This document shows, one piece after another, positions 25,318 to 39,154 of a DNA stretch of 64,000 bases. The DNA is from Octopus vulgaris (taxonomy: Eukaryota): NCBI GenBank assembly GCA_951406725.2, contig OX597823.1, positions 41,974,001 to 42,038,000 on the forward strand, read 5' to 3'. The position numbers were made by a program, and so were the translations under genes. The notes below the pieces were generated by a model that made no database searches, was not told the DNA's origin, and saw nothing but the letters and a program-made list of their open reading frames with translations. Positions within the stretch are counted from its first letter, which is position 1. Each line of letters opens with the position of its first letter.

Positions 25318-25632
25318 AAGGCATGTAGCTTAGTGGTGAGGGATACTTGGCTCATGATTGTAAATTCATGAGTTCGATTCCCAATTGTGTGTTGTGTCTT
25401 AACACTTTATTTCATGTTGCTCCAGACCAATCAGCTGGCAAAAATTAGTTGTAGCTGTAATTCGAAAGGCCAGCCATGTCATATTCTGTGTCATACTGAA
25501 TCTTCTTGAGAACTACATTAATGATATATGCGTCTATGTATTGCTCTGCCACTTGCACATTAATTTCACAAGTAGGCTGTTCCAGTGATTAGATCAGCTG
25601 GAACACTTGTCATTGTAATTGATGGAGTGCGA
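25318..25632 (+). mobile_element. SINE family D, full length
   Basis: A box tagcttagtgg, B box gagttcgattccc. Probable TSD ttattgtagatt (25300-25311) and ttgttgtagatt (25636-25647). Confidence 0.85.
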
Positions 25633-27859
25633 ATTTTGTTGTAGATTCATCTTTAAAAGAAATCATGATGTGTAAATTTTAATATTTTTTATAGTTGTTT
25701 TAATGAATAAATTTATATAGCCATCAGTGACAGATAAAAACACCCAGTACATTCTATGAAGTGGTTGACATTAGGAAGGGCATCTAGCTCAAAACAGACT
25801 AAGTTTGGTGCAGCTCCCCAGCTTACCAGTTCTAGTCAAATCTTCTTACCCATGCCAGCATGGAAAACAGACACTAATTGTTGATGATGATGATGATAAT
25901 GATCTATGTAGCCTACTTAATATATATACCCCATTGAGAGGTATAATGCTTTAGAATTTCATTTGAGAGAATACTTCTTTGTAGACATACTGTCTTAAAA
26001 ACACAATATTCATTGAAGCAAGGTGAAAAAGTCATCCAATTGTCCTGGCAGTGATTTCCAAGAATGCCAAATGCATTTTGATTTTCTAAGGCTTTGTCAG
26101 TGATCTACACTCGCCAGTTACATTTCAAAACAAAATCTGTCTCTTCTGATAAATAGGAAACAAGTGGGAAATCCAGCTATAAGAAAATCTGCTTCAATAG
26201 ATCCTGTCAGATCCATGTAAGCATGGAAACGCAGATGTTAAACAATGATGATGATTATCACGATTCTGATGTCAGAGTATATAAATGACACATTTTAGGT
26301 TGTATTCTTTGGATGGCAATAATTAACTTTTTATTTAAATTTCTCTTTATGTTTTCATAAATATCATCTTGAAGTGTAATACATTTATATAAATAGAGCC
26401 ATAGACTAAGATTGATCTCACTATTGTTTATCTGTGAAGCTGTTCCAATACTCCTGTTTACAGTCCCATGATATTCAAACAAAAGCTGTTATTGCTGTTC
26501 CTCCTGCTATTACAAATGCTGTTACTGCTGGTGCTATTTTTCTTTCCCTTCACTTCTCTTTCTTCACCACCTTCATATCCACTTTCTTCTTCTTCTCCTT
26601 TTCTTACTTGCTCTCCCTTTCATCCTTTTTTCACATATTTTTCTTCTCCCTCCTCTTCAATTTTTTTTCTTCTTTTCAAATTTCTCCTTCTTATCCACTA
26701 CCTCTTCCTCCACTTACCTCTCTCCTTCTTGTTCATCCTTTTTCTTCTCCTCCTCTTGCTATCCCAACTACTGTTACTACAACTATTGTTTTTGTTTATT
26801 CCCATATGAAATCTAATTCAGCTGATCTATGATCAAAGGCATTCAAGCCAGAAATACCGAACCTTTTTCTTTTTTCCCCACATACTTTCCTCCAAATATA
26901 ATATAACTAAGACTACATTATCTAATATATCCTTATAATTTTTATTGAGTTTTACTTGCTATTTCTAGCAAGGTGATCCACCCTGTTTATTTTAACAGAT
27001 AACTTCCTAAATTCGAATCACAAAAATTCCCCAAACCCTGTCTTTGTATTCTATTCATTAATTTACATTAATTTATAAATACCACGGCATTATATTAATT
27101 CATAAATACAACCACATTAATTCTCTAGGTTGTTGCTCTAAATATTCCATACAACATTGCTATATCTAAATTGTTAAGTATCTCCTTTTTAGATTTCCGT
27201 ATCTAAATATATAAAGTTGAATAGCAAAAGTGATAAATTCTAAAATTTAAATGCAATAACAGTAACAACAGCAACAACAATGATAACAAAAATCCCAAGC
27301 TACATAGCTTCATCTAAATCTTGTATTAATTGCTACTTTAACAACAAAAACAACAGTATGAAGGCACAGCGTTGTTTGATGAAAATACATAACGAAAATA
27401 TACTAAAAAACAGTGGACTGGAAGAAAAGAGGCCACAGAGTTAACTGCGATATGATGTTGAGTGTCTTTCCATTGGATATATATGTGGTCAAAGTTAAAT
27501 GTTAAAGTCCACAAATAGAATACGGTTAGTTAAGGGAATGGGGGCGTTTTAAACATGAAAACAGCTTCTTCATGTTATTCAGCAATAAAATTCCTAAGAG
27601 ATACATGCATGTGAAGTCTATCAGCTTAAGCATGTGCACAAGTGTGCTCATAATTTCATAGATGCTGATCAGTACAATTTTATAAGCAGGTGTATATATG
27701 CATTCACGCAACATACTCCAAAAGCATGGATGCCTGTATTTCCTTATAAGTTAATGTCATGTATTGATTTTTTTTTTTTTTGCTACATATACCAACATAG
27801 AAACACATAACATGTATGTGTGTGTGGTACATATGCACACACATATCTGTGTGCATGTA

Positions 27860-27946
<87 letters not shown>

Positions 27947-28619
27947 GAGTGTGTATGTCATTGCATGTGTGTATAATATATATATATACACGCATTATTT
28001 ATTCAGCTCAAGTGTGTGTAAATTGTTTGTATATACATATGTGTGTATGTATGTATATATTTACATGCATATGTAAATTGTGTTTATACATATATGTGTG
28101 TATATATATATATACATACACACACATCAGCATTCATACATCATGTGTGTCTTTTGTCTTTCCACTATCTCTAGGAATTTGCAACAAAAATACATATAGA
28201 CACATCTGGAACCTATATCAAAGAGTTGATGTAAATATTATTTTATCTTTAAATCTTTAAGGAGCAATTTACACAATATAATTGTTTTTTTATATATTTG
28301 TTGAGGGTTACTTTCCTTTTCTTTTTTTTTTTTTGGCAGCATTCTGTAGGTTGGCATATCTGTGATCACAAGTATGTCTATGTATACGTGAATATTATCA
28401 TACTGTTTTTTTGAAGTAACACCGTTGTCTACTAAGACTGAGCATATTATATTCCCCCTTGTTATGCTATTTCACAGTTGGTATTGCATAGAATATCCTT
28501 TGGAAAAATATAAACATTGTAACTTCTTCCTGAGTTTTCCCTTCCCCTACAACCTTACAAATACAAAGGCTCACACCTGCAGAATAAATTATCATCATCA
28601 TCATCATCATCATCGTTAT

Positions 28620-28935
28620 TATTATTTTTTAGTATTCTTATTTTTATTGCGTGCTTTCACTGCACTACTGAGCAACAGCTCTGTGGGCATTGGGCATGTG
28701 TTGTGGTTTATTTCGGTATCGTTGTTTCTACTTTATAGAAAATGCTTTACATAAAATGTGTGATGAGCCTAGTAATGCTATTTTCAGTATGTTGTATTTG
28801 TAAGTCATCAGGTTTTGGTTATATACTCTTCTGCATGGTTTTCAACCATACGTAAAGCAACTGTCATTATAAGGATTTGTTTCTGTTTTCGGATTTTTCA
28901 TTCAAATTATTTCTTTTTTCCAGATCTTCGTATTT
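28620..28935 (-). mobile_element. R4/Dong-like LINE 3' end
   Basis: Same 3' UTR as the 17219 copy. Minus-strand remnants of KYEDLE...ILIMTVAL...ILKIALLGSSHILCKAFSI. Confidence 0.7.
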
Positions 28936-28954
28936 ATTATTATCATTATTATTA

Positions 28955-30320
28955 AGTTGATGAACTGGCAGAATCATTAGCATGCCATACAAAATACTTA
29001 GTGGCGTTTTACCTGACTTTACATTCTGAGTTCAAATGTTGCTGGAGCTGACTTTTCCTTTCGTCCTTTCAGATGAAAGCACCAGTTGAGCACTAGGGTT
29101 GCTGTAATTGGCTGTTCCCTTCTCATGAAATTTCAGGCCTTGTGCCTATTGTAGAAAGGGCTATTATCATTATTATTATGATGAGTAAGGTAGCAAGCTG
29201 GCAGAATCATTAGCATGCTGGGAAAAATGCTTAGCGGCATTCATCCATCTTTTTGTTCTGGGTTCAAATTTGTTTGCGGTCAGTTTCACCTTTGATCCTT
29301 TTGAGATTGATGAAATAGTTCCAGTTGAGCACTGGGATTGATGTAATTAACATACTCCTTTCCTCAAATTCACTGGCCTTGTGCCAAAATGTGAAATCAC
29401 TATTATTATGTTGATTATTATTACTATTGTTATTATTAATAAGGTGAGCTGGCAGAATTGTAGTGCATTAGTTGAATGCTTAATAACATTTCTTCCAGTT
29501 CTTCTGAGTTCAAATACCAACAACGTGAACTTTGCCTTTCATTCTTCTGGAATTGTTAAAACACAGTTTCAGTTGAGCACTGAGTTCAATGTAATTGACA
29601 AAACCCCTTCCCTTAAAATTGCTTATAATTTGAACTTATTATTATTGCTATTATTATGAAGGCAGCACAAGTTAGTGAGCTGACAGAATCACCAGCACAA
29701 GGAGCAAAATGCTTAACAGCATTTTGTTCTTTTTTATGTTCTGAGTTCAAATTCAGCCAAAGTCAACTTTAGCTTTCATCTTTTTGGGGTTGATGAAATA
29801 AGTACCAGCTGAGCATAGGGATCAATGTTAATCAACTAGCCCTCTCTCTTAAAATTTCATGCCTTGTACCTATAATAGAAAAGACTTTTAAAACAGCAAC
29901 AGGCAAAATCATAAGCATCAAACAAAATGCTGAGTGGCTTTTCTTCCAGTTTCTTAAATCTTGCCAAGGTCAACTTTACCTTTCATCCTTTCAGGGGTCA
30001 ATAAAATAAAGTGCCAGTCATATATTGGGGCCCATGTAAATGACTAACCCTTGCAGGCCTCATACCTAAATTAAAAACAATTGCTTTTATTATTATTATC
30101 AGTAGTAGTAAGGTGGTGAGCTGGCAGAACTATTAGGACATAGGGCAAAATTCTTAGCAGTATTTCTTCTGGCTATTTTCAAATTCTGCTGCACTCAACT
30201 TTGCCTTTCATCCTTTCAAGATCAATAAAACAAGTACCAGTTGAGCACTGGGGTCAATGTAATTGATATACCTGCTCCCCTGAAATTGCTAGCCTTGTGA
30301 CAAAAGTTGAAACCATTACT
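28955..30320 (+). mobile_element. Head-to-tail array of six diverged family C SINEs separated by (TAT)n/(TAG)n
   Basis: Heads (gagctggcagaa and variants) at about 28960, 29190, 29445, 29675, 29900 and 30115, each followed by ttcaaat...ctttcatc...accag...gagcact or close variants. Confidence 0.85.
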
Positions 30321-30509
30321 AGTAGTAGTAGTATGTCGTTTTATTTTATACAAGATATTCCTAATCTCACCCACAAACCACAAAAATCAGTTAGACATTT
30401 CTTATGTGTAACAATGATATATATTTCAGAGAAAGGAGACCAAATACTAAAAATTAAGATTTTGTTTAAAATTTATTTTAATATTTATGATTTGAAAGAT
30501 TTGAAAGAT

Positions 30510-31040
30510 TTGAAATGATACAAATATTTTCAGGTAAATTGTATTTTGGTGGGATGTGGGTTGTGCCCAGGGGAACAATTTTTTCTGATACTTTCGGGTT
30601 TCTTGATGTATCAAAGAATGCCATTTGGTATTGTCCCCAAAGTGTCAATGTTCACAGGTACGGTTGCTGTTTTCAGACGCCACATCATCAAGACCTCTAT
30701 TTCAAGGTTCTTCAAATGTTTTCGCAGTCATGTTAGCACCAGTAGGGATTTACATATCTATGAGCGAACATACTTTGTTAATGTAATTTTTTTTCCACCA
30801 CAATATCTGGTCTGTTGGCTTGAATAGCTTGATCAAGTGGAATACAAAAGTCCCAAAGATGGTTTAGGCATTTATTTTCTACTTCTTTGGCAAGTTTATA
30901 CCCCCTCTATTTTTTCTCATATGGGAGTCCAAGCTGATGGCGTATTAACCAATTCAAATACTGACCAAGTTCATCATGGTAATTACCATACTTATATGAA
31001 GCTAACATAGAGCAGCCAGAGATGAGCAGAGGCGATCATA
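30510..31040 (-). pseudogene. R4/Dong-like LINE zinc-knuckle and REL endonuclease remnant
   Basis: Minus strand gives LISGCSMLASYKYGNYHDELGQYLNWLI...LWDFCIPLDQAIQANRPDIV...KNLEIEVLMMWRLKTATVPVNIDTLGTIP. Confidence 0.85.
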
Positions 31041-31504
31041 TTGTTTTCTGGTTGTACCACAAAAACAATAGGACAAATCAGCATCGTTTTTAAGAATGTT
31101 GGCTTGATAATATCTAGTGGGCAGACACTGATCCAGGGCAGCTATGATGCTATAATAAAGCCCTCTGTTTCCAATTTTCACTCAACCAGAAAATTTTGTG
31201 GGATTTATATAAATCTATCTGACATTTACATTGGAAGAAAGTAAACATGCATATGATGATATGATTACAATATATGTTAGAAAATACTAAAATAGAAGTT
31301 TGCATATAAATCATAAAAGATGGATCGAAAATGAGTTGAGAATGGGAAAAGTTGTGTTAAAGAGTTGTACATGGCAGAAATGCAACAAATATCAGCAGAT
31401 GGTTGATGATATAGTAATGGACTGTATGAAAGGAGTTAACTAGAAAAGGTAAAAATGCAATGGAGATAAATAAATATTGACAAGAACTCTTATCACCACC
31501 AGCC

Positions 31505-31636
31505 AAACTGATTTCATAGAATTAGAAATATAAGTGTAAATATATATATTTCTAATTCTATGAAATCAGTTTAAACACATTTACACTTATATTTCTGAGC
31601 ATATACATTTACACTTATATTTCTGAGTATATACAC
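31505..31636. repeat. Perfect 28 bp-arm hairpin (31505-31572) followed by a 28 bp tandem duplication
   Basis: aaactgatttcatagaattagaaatata pairs with tatatttctaattctatgaaatcagttt. It is followed by two copies of catttacacttatatttctgag.atata. Confidence 0.85.
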
Positions 31637-32399
31637 CTCATAGTCATTGTATTATATAATGAAGTTTATACAGCCTTCAAAGACTAAACTATGTGAACTT
31701 TGTAAATTTTGGAAAATTTTCCCATTAAATTTAGGAGCTTCAAAGATGCTATTTAATTATCAGGGGAAGTGGGTACAATTATAAAATTAATAATTAATAT
31801 TGAAGCTATCCTATATGGTTAAATGTTTAATAAACCATCAGCAATGTGTACAATGAAATCAATATTTAAGAAGTGCTGTGTTTTATGATAAACAATGGGT
31901 CTCAAGAAATTACAGACTGAGAAGAAAATAGCATTGGTCCTTATCCAATTCCAGTCTTTTAATAGCTGAAAGCTCTAATTACTAAGTTTTTCCTATTTCT
32001 GCCATTGTGAAATATTGTTTCATTGGTACACAAGTCACATGTTGCACAGAATCTCCATCATCATAGTTGTAGTTTGTCTGTAATTAGGAGAATGATGAAA
32101 CACTTGGGCACAGCTGTTTGAATGCTAATAATTTGGCATGCTCAACAGGACATTTGGCCTGTTTCTGTGACAGTATTTTTTGGTGCTTGAAGAAAACACA
32201 CACAAATGCACTAAAATATACACATACAAATAGAAATTGAGAGACAGTCATTACAATTTATTAATTTAAAATGATTGACACAAGCACTTTCCCTCAACAC
32301 ATACAGGGAAATATGCTCACACACATAGAGAGAGATGAAGGGAAGGAATGTGAGAATTCTTAGAATATTTGATGACAAATAAATCAGCTTCGAATCAGT

Positions 32400-33200
32400 G
32401 GTGGCAAGCAGAGAGTGTCAGATTGGCTGTACCATAATTTCTTATACATGTGATTGGGTATTGCACATCCATAACAAAATACATCTCATCAGCTATCAGA
32501 CCCCATTTGTAGTTTCCACATCAACAGTAAATATATGCTACAACTGCAGTCATCATCTTCCATACCATTTCTTCTATTTTCCATTTTTTTTTCTGCATAA
32601 TAGCGGGTTCTCTATTTGCATCCATAATAGTACAAATATTATGTGCTGAAATAAGTGTCTTATCAAGTACACGACTTGTGGAGTTTGCAGGCTGTAAACC
32701 ATCTGGCCTGGGGTTTTTCTTTTGTTTAAATCGACTTGAGCTTATTTTATTTCATTTATTTCTTCCATCTGCTACCACTGTATTCCTTCTTCATTCTTTT
32801 ATATTCCAGTTTGTTTCTTTTCTCCAAAAAATGTCTCATTAGTATTATTTTGTCGTACTTGCTACATATGGCATTTCATTATTTTGTTTCCTTGATATGT
32901 TTTGACACATTTTCTTTTATTATCCACAAATATTCTGTATTCTTTACAGCTGTTTTAGCTGAAAAAGTATTTATTTATTTACTTCCCTTGTCTCTGTCTC
33001 AATTCTATGCTTTACTTTATTTCTTTTATTATAACCTGTACACCTTTTCGACTTAATTTACATTTTCTTTATAGTAATACATAAATTTTGTTTTAGCTAT
33101 TCTTCATTCTAGAAATTGAGAAATGTTGGCGGCTAATTTTATTTTATATTTTTTTTTTTTAGTCTTTAACTTGTTCGTTCTGTTTATTTTACTATGTCAC
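32400..33200 (-). mobile_element. Highly decayed LINE fragment (RT N-terminal region)
   Basis: Minus strand near 32740-32690 gives LNRFKQKKNPRPDGLQP-like residues, reminiscent of KSPGPDG. The rest is too decayed to confirm. Confidence 0.3.
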
Positions 33201-33590
33201 TTCTCTTCTGTTTGTTTTCTGTTATTTTTCAGGATTTTATTTCAACACTTAGAATTTCTGAAACACATGTAGCTACATAGCTTTCTCTATAGTAAAACAT
33301 TTCCCAGGACATCATTACTGTATCATATTGAGATATATAAGCCATACTTTTTCATTCCTCTTAATGATCCTAATTTTGTTTAGCAATTCTTCTCAAGCTC
33401 TCTACAATTTGTGTTCTATATTCAGATGTGGCTGTGTTGTAAGATGCTTGCTTCCCAACCACATGGTTCTGAGTTCAGTTCTATTGTGTGTGTCACCTTG
33501 ATAAAGTGCCTTCTGCTACAGCTCAAAACCAACATAAATCTAATACTAACAATTGTTTGTTAAGCAAATGTGTTTATGCATTTGGTTTAA

Positions 33591-34043
33591 CTCTTTAGCA
33601 TTCAGATTACTCCGTCAAATGAAATATAATTATTTATATTCTTTTTAATTAATTATGCCTTATCTCATAACTTTAACCCTTCAGCATTCAGATTTTTTTT
33701 TTGTCAAAAGTAATATTTATTCACATTGATTTAAATTAATCATCCATTACCTTGTAGCTTTGAGATTTTGATAATGTGATTGTTTATTTTTAGAAAGACA
33801 ATTTTTAGAAAGACATTGTATGGGAGGTGTCAAAGACCAGAGCATAAAACAAGAAAAATATTTAGGAATATTTGGGTACAATATGGTCTGGTTTAAATAC
33901 TAATGGGTTAAGCATTCAGTCACATGGTTGCATATTTTCAGAATGATATTGTAGAGTAGGTGTGAGAGGCTAGAGCTGGCCTGTTTGAACATGAAACTGT
34001 TAGAATGTTTGGGCTGGATATGGTTAGTCTGGATGCTAAAGTG
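33591..34043. mobile_element. piggyBac-type MITE with a second copy of the same family nested at 33677-33907
   Basis: Outer: TTAA-ctctttagcattc...gatgctaaagtg-TTAA. Inner: TTAA-cccttcagcattc...aatactaatggg-TTAA. Confidence 0.8.
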
Positions 34044-34079
34044 TTAAACAAATATCTACCTTTGTTTGTATTTGTACCA

Positions 34080-34398
34080 GCACTCTGTCAGTTACAACAA
34101 TGAGGGTTGCAGTTGATCTGATCAATGGAACAACCAGCTCATGAAATCAATGTGCAAGAGGCTGAGTACTCTACCGACAGGCATGTCTTTAACATAGTTC
34201 TCAAGGAGATTCAGCATGACACAGAATGTGACAAGACAGACCCTTTGAATTACAGGTACCACTCACTTTTGCTAACTGAGTGGACTGGAGCAACATGAAA
34301 TAAAGTGTCTTACTCAAGGACACAATTTGCTATATGCTTTCGAACTCATGACCTTATGTTTGTGAGCCAAATACCCTAACCACCAAGCCACTCACCTA
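34080..34398 (-). mobile_element. SINE family D
   Basis: Reverse complement of the 25318 copy over its full length. Confidence 0.85.
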
Positions 34399-34599
34399 TA
34401 TCTGTGGCCTGATCTTAATGTTAGAAATTCTCAACAATGATTAGAAAGTATTGCCCTTGTTCTTCGTTATTCTGATGTTACAATCTTGATGTTTGTTTCC
34501 TCATTTAATGTGAAACAAACTGCTGTAACATTTGGATAAGAATACTTGTATACAAACACAAAAATATATATATAAACACACACACATACATCATCCTGT

Positions 34600-34885
34600 G
34601 ATTTACCTGGATACATCATTGATGTTTCCTGGGGTAATTGAGTGCTTCAGGTTTTTAAACAATCCACCTGGCAGTCCAACCAAGATTGATTACACCCACT
34701 TAGTGTCCAGTTAACACTATCTCTGGTAGCATTTCCTGATCTGCTGGCACCTGAAGGCAACCTCTGCAGTCTCCACACCCAACTTGATAGCCTTCGATTT
34801 ATTGACCTCTGTAATAGCCAACCTGTTATAAACTCTGCAGTGAGAGAAACCTGCAAACCCTCAGCATTCCATCTCAATGAGATCA
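34600..34885 (-). mobile_element. HERO-like REL LINE 3' remnant
   Basis: Minus strand gives IEMEC*GFAGFSHCRVYNRLAITEVNKSKAIKLGVETAEVAFR, resembling the PxEVGCRGF...AExASRW C-terminus of HERO-type elements. Confidence 0.55.
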
Positions 34886-35904
34886 TGCCTTACTTACTAT
34901 CCATATACTTTTTGTTGCTTATACAAAGTGCTTAGCAGCATTTCTTCTGGCTCCTTACATTCTCTGTTCAATTCTGCTAGGTTAACTTTGCCATTCATCT
35001 CTTTTGGGGTTGATAATTCCACCAATCTCAGTTGAACAATTTGGATTGATGGAATTGACTTAGCTCTCTCCACCCAAATTTCAGGCCTTGTGCCTATAGC
35101 AGAAAATAGTTTGATAATAAGATTTCACTCCAGTTCTTGTAACAGTTGGTTTTTAGAGCAACCTTAACTGTAATATCTTCCACCTCCACATTATCCCCCT
35201 GAGCCACACTTACATTTAACTTAATATGCTTGTCATATTAATTACTTTTCTAAAATGAGTAGTGGTAGGGGAAACATGCCATGCTTAATGCTTTTTATAT
35301 GCATTAAGTATTCATTTTCTATTGCTTCTCTTTGATGGTTCACTGCTGTAAAACGATTCCATCCCTTTCATGTTGTCAAACTGAGACCATTTCTTAGAGA
35401 CTCATAATGCAATGCATTTATTGCTTTGCACTTTCCGAGGTTTGCTGGTCTTAGGTGTTTTTCTATTCTGAAATAATTCTATAGAGACCATTATTCACTG
35501 ACCTTATTTCTATTAAAAAAAAACCCATCTCACTTTTCCCAGTCTTCTGGAACTAAGTTTCCAAGATAGTAGGCCATAACTCACACTCACTTGTTTTAGC
35601 ATAACAAATTGGTTTTAGCATAAAGAATTCTTTTGAAGGTTTTAAAAGGCTGTAACATTTGTTAATTAGGGTGGCAAATTGCCAGAATCTTTTACACGTA
35701 AGACTAAATGCTTTGCAACATTTCTTCTAGTTCTAACCTTCTGAGTTCAAATCTTGCCAAGATTGACTTTGCCTTTCATATTTTCAGAGTTGTTAAAATT
35801 AGGGACAGTTGAGCACTAGTGGACAATGTAATTGAATTTCTCCTCCCCTGAAATTGCTGGCCTTGTGCCAGCAGTTGTCATCATCACCATAATTATTATT
35901 ATTA

Positions 35905-35945
<41 letters not shown>

Positions 35946-35959
35946 GTTATTATTATTAT

Positions 35960-36169
35960 TCAGTAGTTTTATTTTTATAGCGTGCTTTCACTTCACTACT
36001 GAGCGCAGCTCTGTGTACCTTGGGTATGTGCTGTGATTTGTTGTGATACTCTGATGGTTATTGTATGGAAAGTGTTCTGCGTAGGATGTGTGCAGTGCCA
36101 AGTAGTGCAATTTTCTGTATGTTATCTGTGTTTGTAAGTCCTGGTGTTTTTGTTATGTATTTGTCTGAA

Positions 36170-36170
<1 letters not shown>
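35960..36170 (-). mobile_element. R4/Dong-like LINE 3' end within (TAT)n
   Basis: Minus strand gives YITKTPGLTNTDNIQKIALLGTAHILRRTLSIQ* plus the 3' UTR. Confidence 0.85.
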
Positions 36171-36209
<39 letters not shown>

Positions 36210-36338
36210 GTTTAAATTCTGCCTATGTTGACTTTGCCTTACATTCTTTTGGGTCCTATGAAATAAGTATAGTTGAGCACTGGGGTTCAACTAGTCCCTT
36301 CTCCAAAAATTTCTGGTCATGTGCTTATATTAGAAAGG

Positions 36339-36398
<60 letters not shown>

Positions 36399-36960
36399 GA
36401 GTGAGAGAGCAGTACATGCCATCAAAGTGACACTGGGGTAAAATATACGAAGCACAGTATACCCATCATGAATGACTATCCGTCTGATTAGGGTACACTA
36501 GGCACATGCATCACAACCATATGTGCACAACATGGTGATCTCATATAAAGATAAACAGTGCATGACCTTGCAGGTGGGGCCCAGTTAGAATTTTCTTCTG
36601 GTTGAGTAGCCCATCCTGCTCAAAAGGTCCCTGAATAAGGATTAAGGCTGTTGAACGAACCACCTATGTTTCCAAAGGTGAATTATTCAAACCCCTAAGA
36701 ATTCCTTTCAACACACCGCTATGATGCTCCCCCACTACTTCTGCTCATGGTCAGAGATGCACATATCGTTAGCCACTAAGGGACATGGTCAACTGGTTAA
36801 GGTCAAACAACTGACAAGCAAATCTGTGGTATTGAGCAGAATATTTGTTGTAGCCCATCTTTTATACCAAAGCAAAACAATGTACATGAAAACACTTCCA
36901 ATCAGTTAAGATCAGCAGCCATGAGAGCCACTTCCTGGTACTGCATCAGGGCATTTTATT
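36399..36960. mobile_element. ~560 bp non-coding element inserted in a (TAT)n array
   Basis: A GC-richer block bounded on both sides by long (TAT)n tracts, with no convincing ORF. It is probably a non-autonomous retroposon that targets TAA repeats (inference). Confidence 0.5.
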
Positions 36961-37025
<65 letters not shown>

Positions 37026-37101
37026 CATCATTATTACTACCCTCAACAGATTAAACTGTTGGAAAAGGAAAGAATCCTCACATCGGACTACAACAAATAG
37101 G

Positions 37102-37442
37102 CTTAGATGCTAAGAACCCTCTGAAGTATCCTAGCTGTCCCTAATAACACTGTTTTCTGCAGCTGTACTAAACTGGGTTTTATGCCTATGTCCTCTATTT
37201 TATCTGTTCATGTCTTTAGGGATTGTTTCCAATGCACCTATAACTACTGGGATACATTTTACCCGCACTTTCCATAGTCGCTGTTATTCAATAACTAGGT
37301 CCTGGTACTTTGCTATTTTTTCTATACCTCTCATACTAATTCTTTTATCATTTGTGACTTTAAAGTCAATTATCTAGCACTTTTTATTCTCTTTATCTAC
37401 TACTACCAAATACATGCACACACATACACATATATACATACA

Positions 37443-37486
<44 letters not shown>

Positions 37487-37541
37487 TATATGCATCTATA
37501 TACACAATGTGTGTATATACATACATATGTATATGTGTATG

Positions 37542-37588
<47 letters not shown>

Positions 37589-37850
37589 ATTTATGGATGT
37601 ATATATGTTTATGTATAAGTATTTAATGGAGAGCAGGAATTAAATTGAGTCTGTACCATGCAGCTCACCTCCTAAATTTGAGTCCCAGAGGATTTTTGTC
37701 TTCCCCTTTTCATCCATTACATTTTTTAGTGTATGTCGGTACCAAGCATCCATTAGCTCATATCCATACTTCTGGCATAGTAGCCAGTGAAGGTTTTGGG
37801 CTGCCTTGTGTCTGCGCTTGTACTCTTTCTGCACAAGACTTACAACATCA
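37102..37850 (-). pseudogene. R4/Dong-like LINE C-terminal remnant, split by an insertion at ~37409-37680
   Basis: QKEYKRRHKAAQNLHWLLCQKYG...KILWDS | insert | [14 protein letters not shown]...EKIAKYQDLVIE*QRLWKVRVKCIPVVIGALETIP...QLQKTVLLGTARILQRVLSI*. Confidence 0.85.
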
Positions 37851-38655
37851 CGTGATGGTTGTGAATTTGTAAATGAGTCTTACTGTGATGAAAGTGGTGT
37901 CATTTTTTTCCAATCTCCTGTGAAAACATGTCTGGCCATGGGGAAAATATAGCCTTACATGGAAACAGGTGAAGGTTGGAGCAGGAAAAGCATCCAGTCT
38001 TAGAAAATCCACTTCTACAAACTCTGTCCCAAGTATGGAAAAGTGGATATCTACTGACGATGATGATACCACTGCCACGGCTGCCTCTGACGATGGTGTT
38101 GGCAAAGGAACAGAGTAGAGACAATGTAGAAAGGAGTGGAGATTCTTGTCTTCCTGAGAACGTGGGAATCTCTTCAGTGCTGGTGTCACAGTTACATGCA
38201 CTCAGTACACTTTGTAAAGTATTTGCTGCCAAGAAGAACATCCAAATATTTACAACACAATGAAAATGAAAGGAATGAGTGAGATGTGTTCCTTGATCCA
38301 TCCAAGAGAGCTGCAATTTCAAAGTAGAATAAAGTTGAAAATTAACAACCCATCCTACCCATACTGACATAGATAGAAAAATAAATGATGATGATGACAA
38401 GGGCAACAGTGATGTTGGTGGTGATTCATTGTCACCATTACCTTGGAGGTAGATGCTCCTGACCCATACCCTATTATAGAGGCAGTGCATTTATGTAATT
38501 GATGCCATAACATGGAAATCTGTAAAACAACATATTATACATTGATTTCCATGTACTTTGACTTCTCTCATGTAACAAGATGTAGGTTTATCGAAAACAG
38601 GTTTGGCTTTACAGAATTATGTAAAGATTTTCAGGAATGTGATACAGGGTATGCT

Positions 38656-38719
<64 letters not shown>

Positions 38720-38753
38720 CACACTCATACACACATATGTATATATATATATC

Positions 38754-38784
<31 letters not shown>

Positions 38785-38902
38785 TTGTATATATAAAAGC
38801 ATACTCACATGAATAAACATCTATATATATATATCTATTCACACATAAACATATATTTATATATAAACTGACATACATACACACACATACATATATACAT
38901 AC

Positions 38903-38933
<31 letters not shown>

Positions 38934-38961
38934 CAGACAAACATATATGCTTATATATATG

Positions 38962-39000
<39 letters not shown>

Positions 39001-39107
39001 GTATATACACACACACACACACACATGTTTATGTACTCTTACTTATATAATGGCATATATATATAAATGAGATATATTTAGACACATACATGCTCACACA
39101 CACACAC

Positions 39108-39154
<47 letters not shown>

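Noticed and set aside
36860-36960. Possible HDV-like ribozyme at the end of the (TAT)n-embedded element (minus strand)
   Set aside because: Only an imperfect P4-like hairpin after GG is visible. I could not build P1-P3 or find the catalytic C in this copy.
37900-38490. 196-aa minus-strand ORF
   Set aside because: It runs through a family B-related repeat and low-complexity sequence, with no protein-like motifs.
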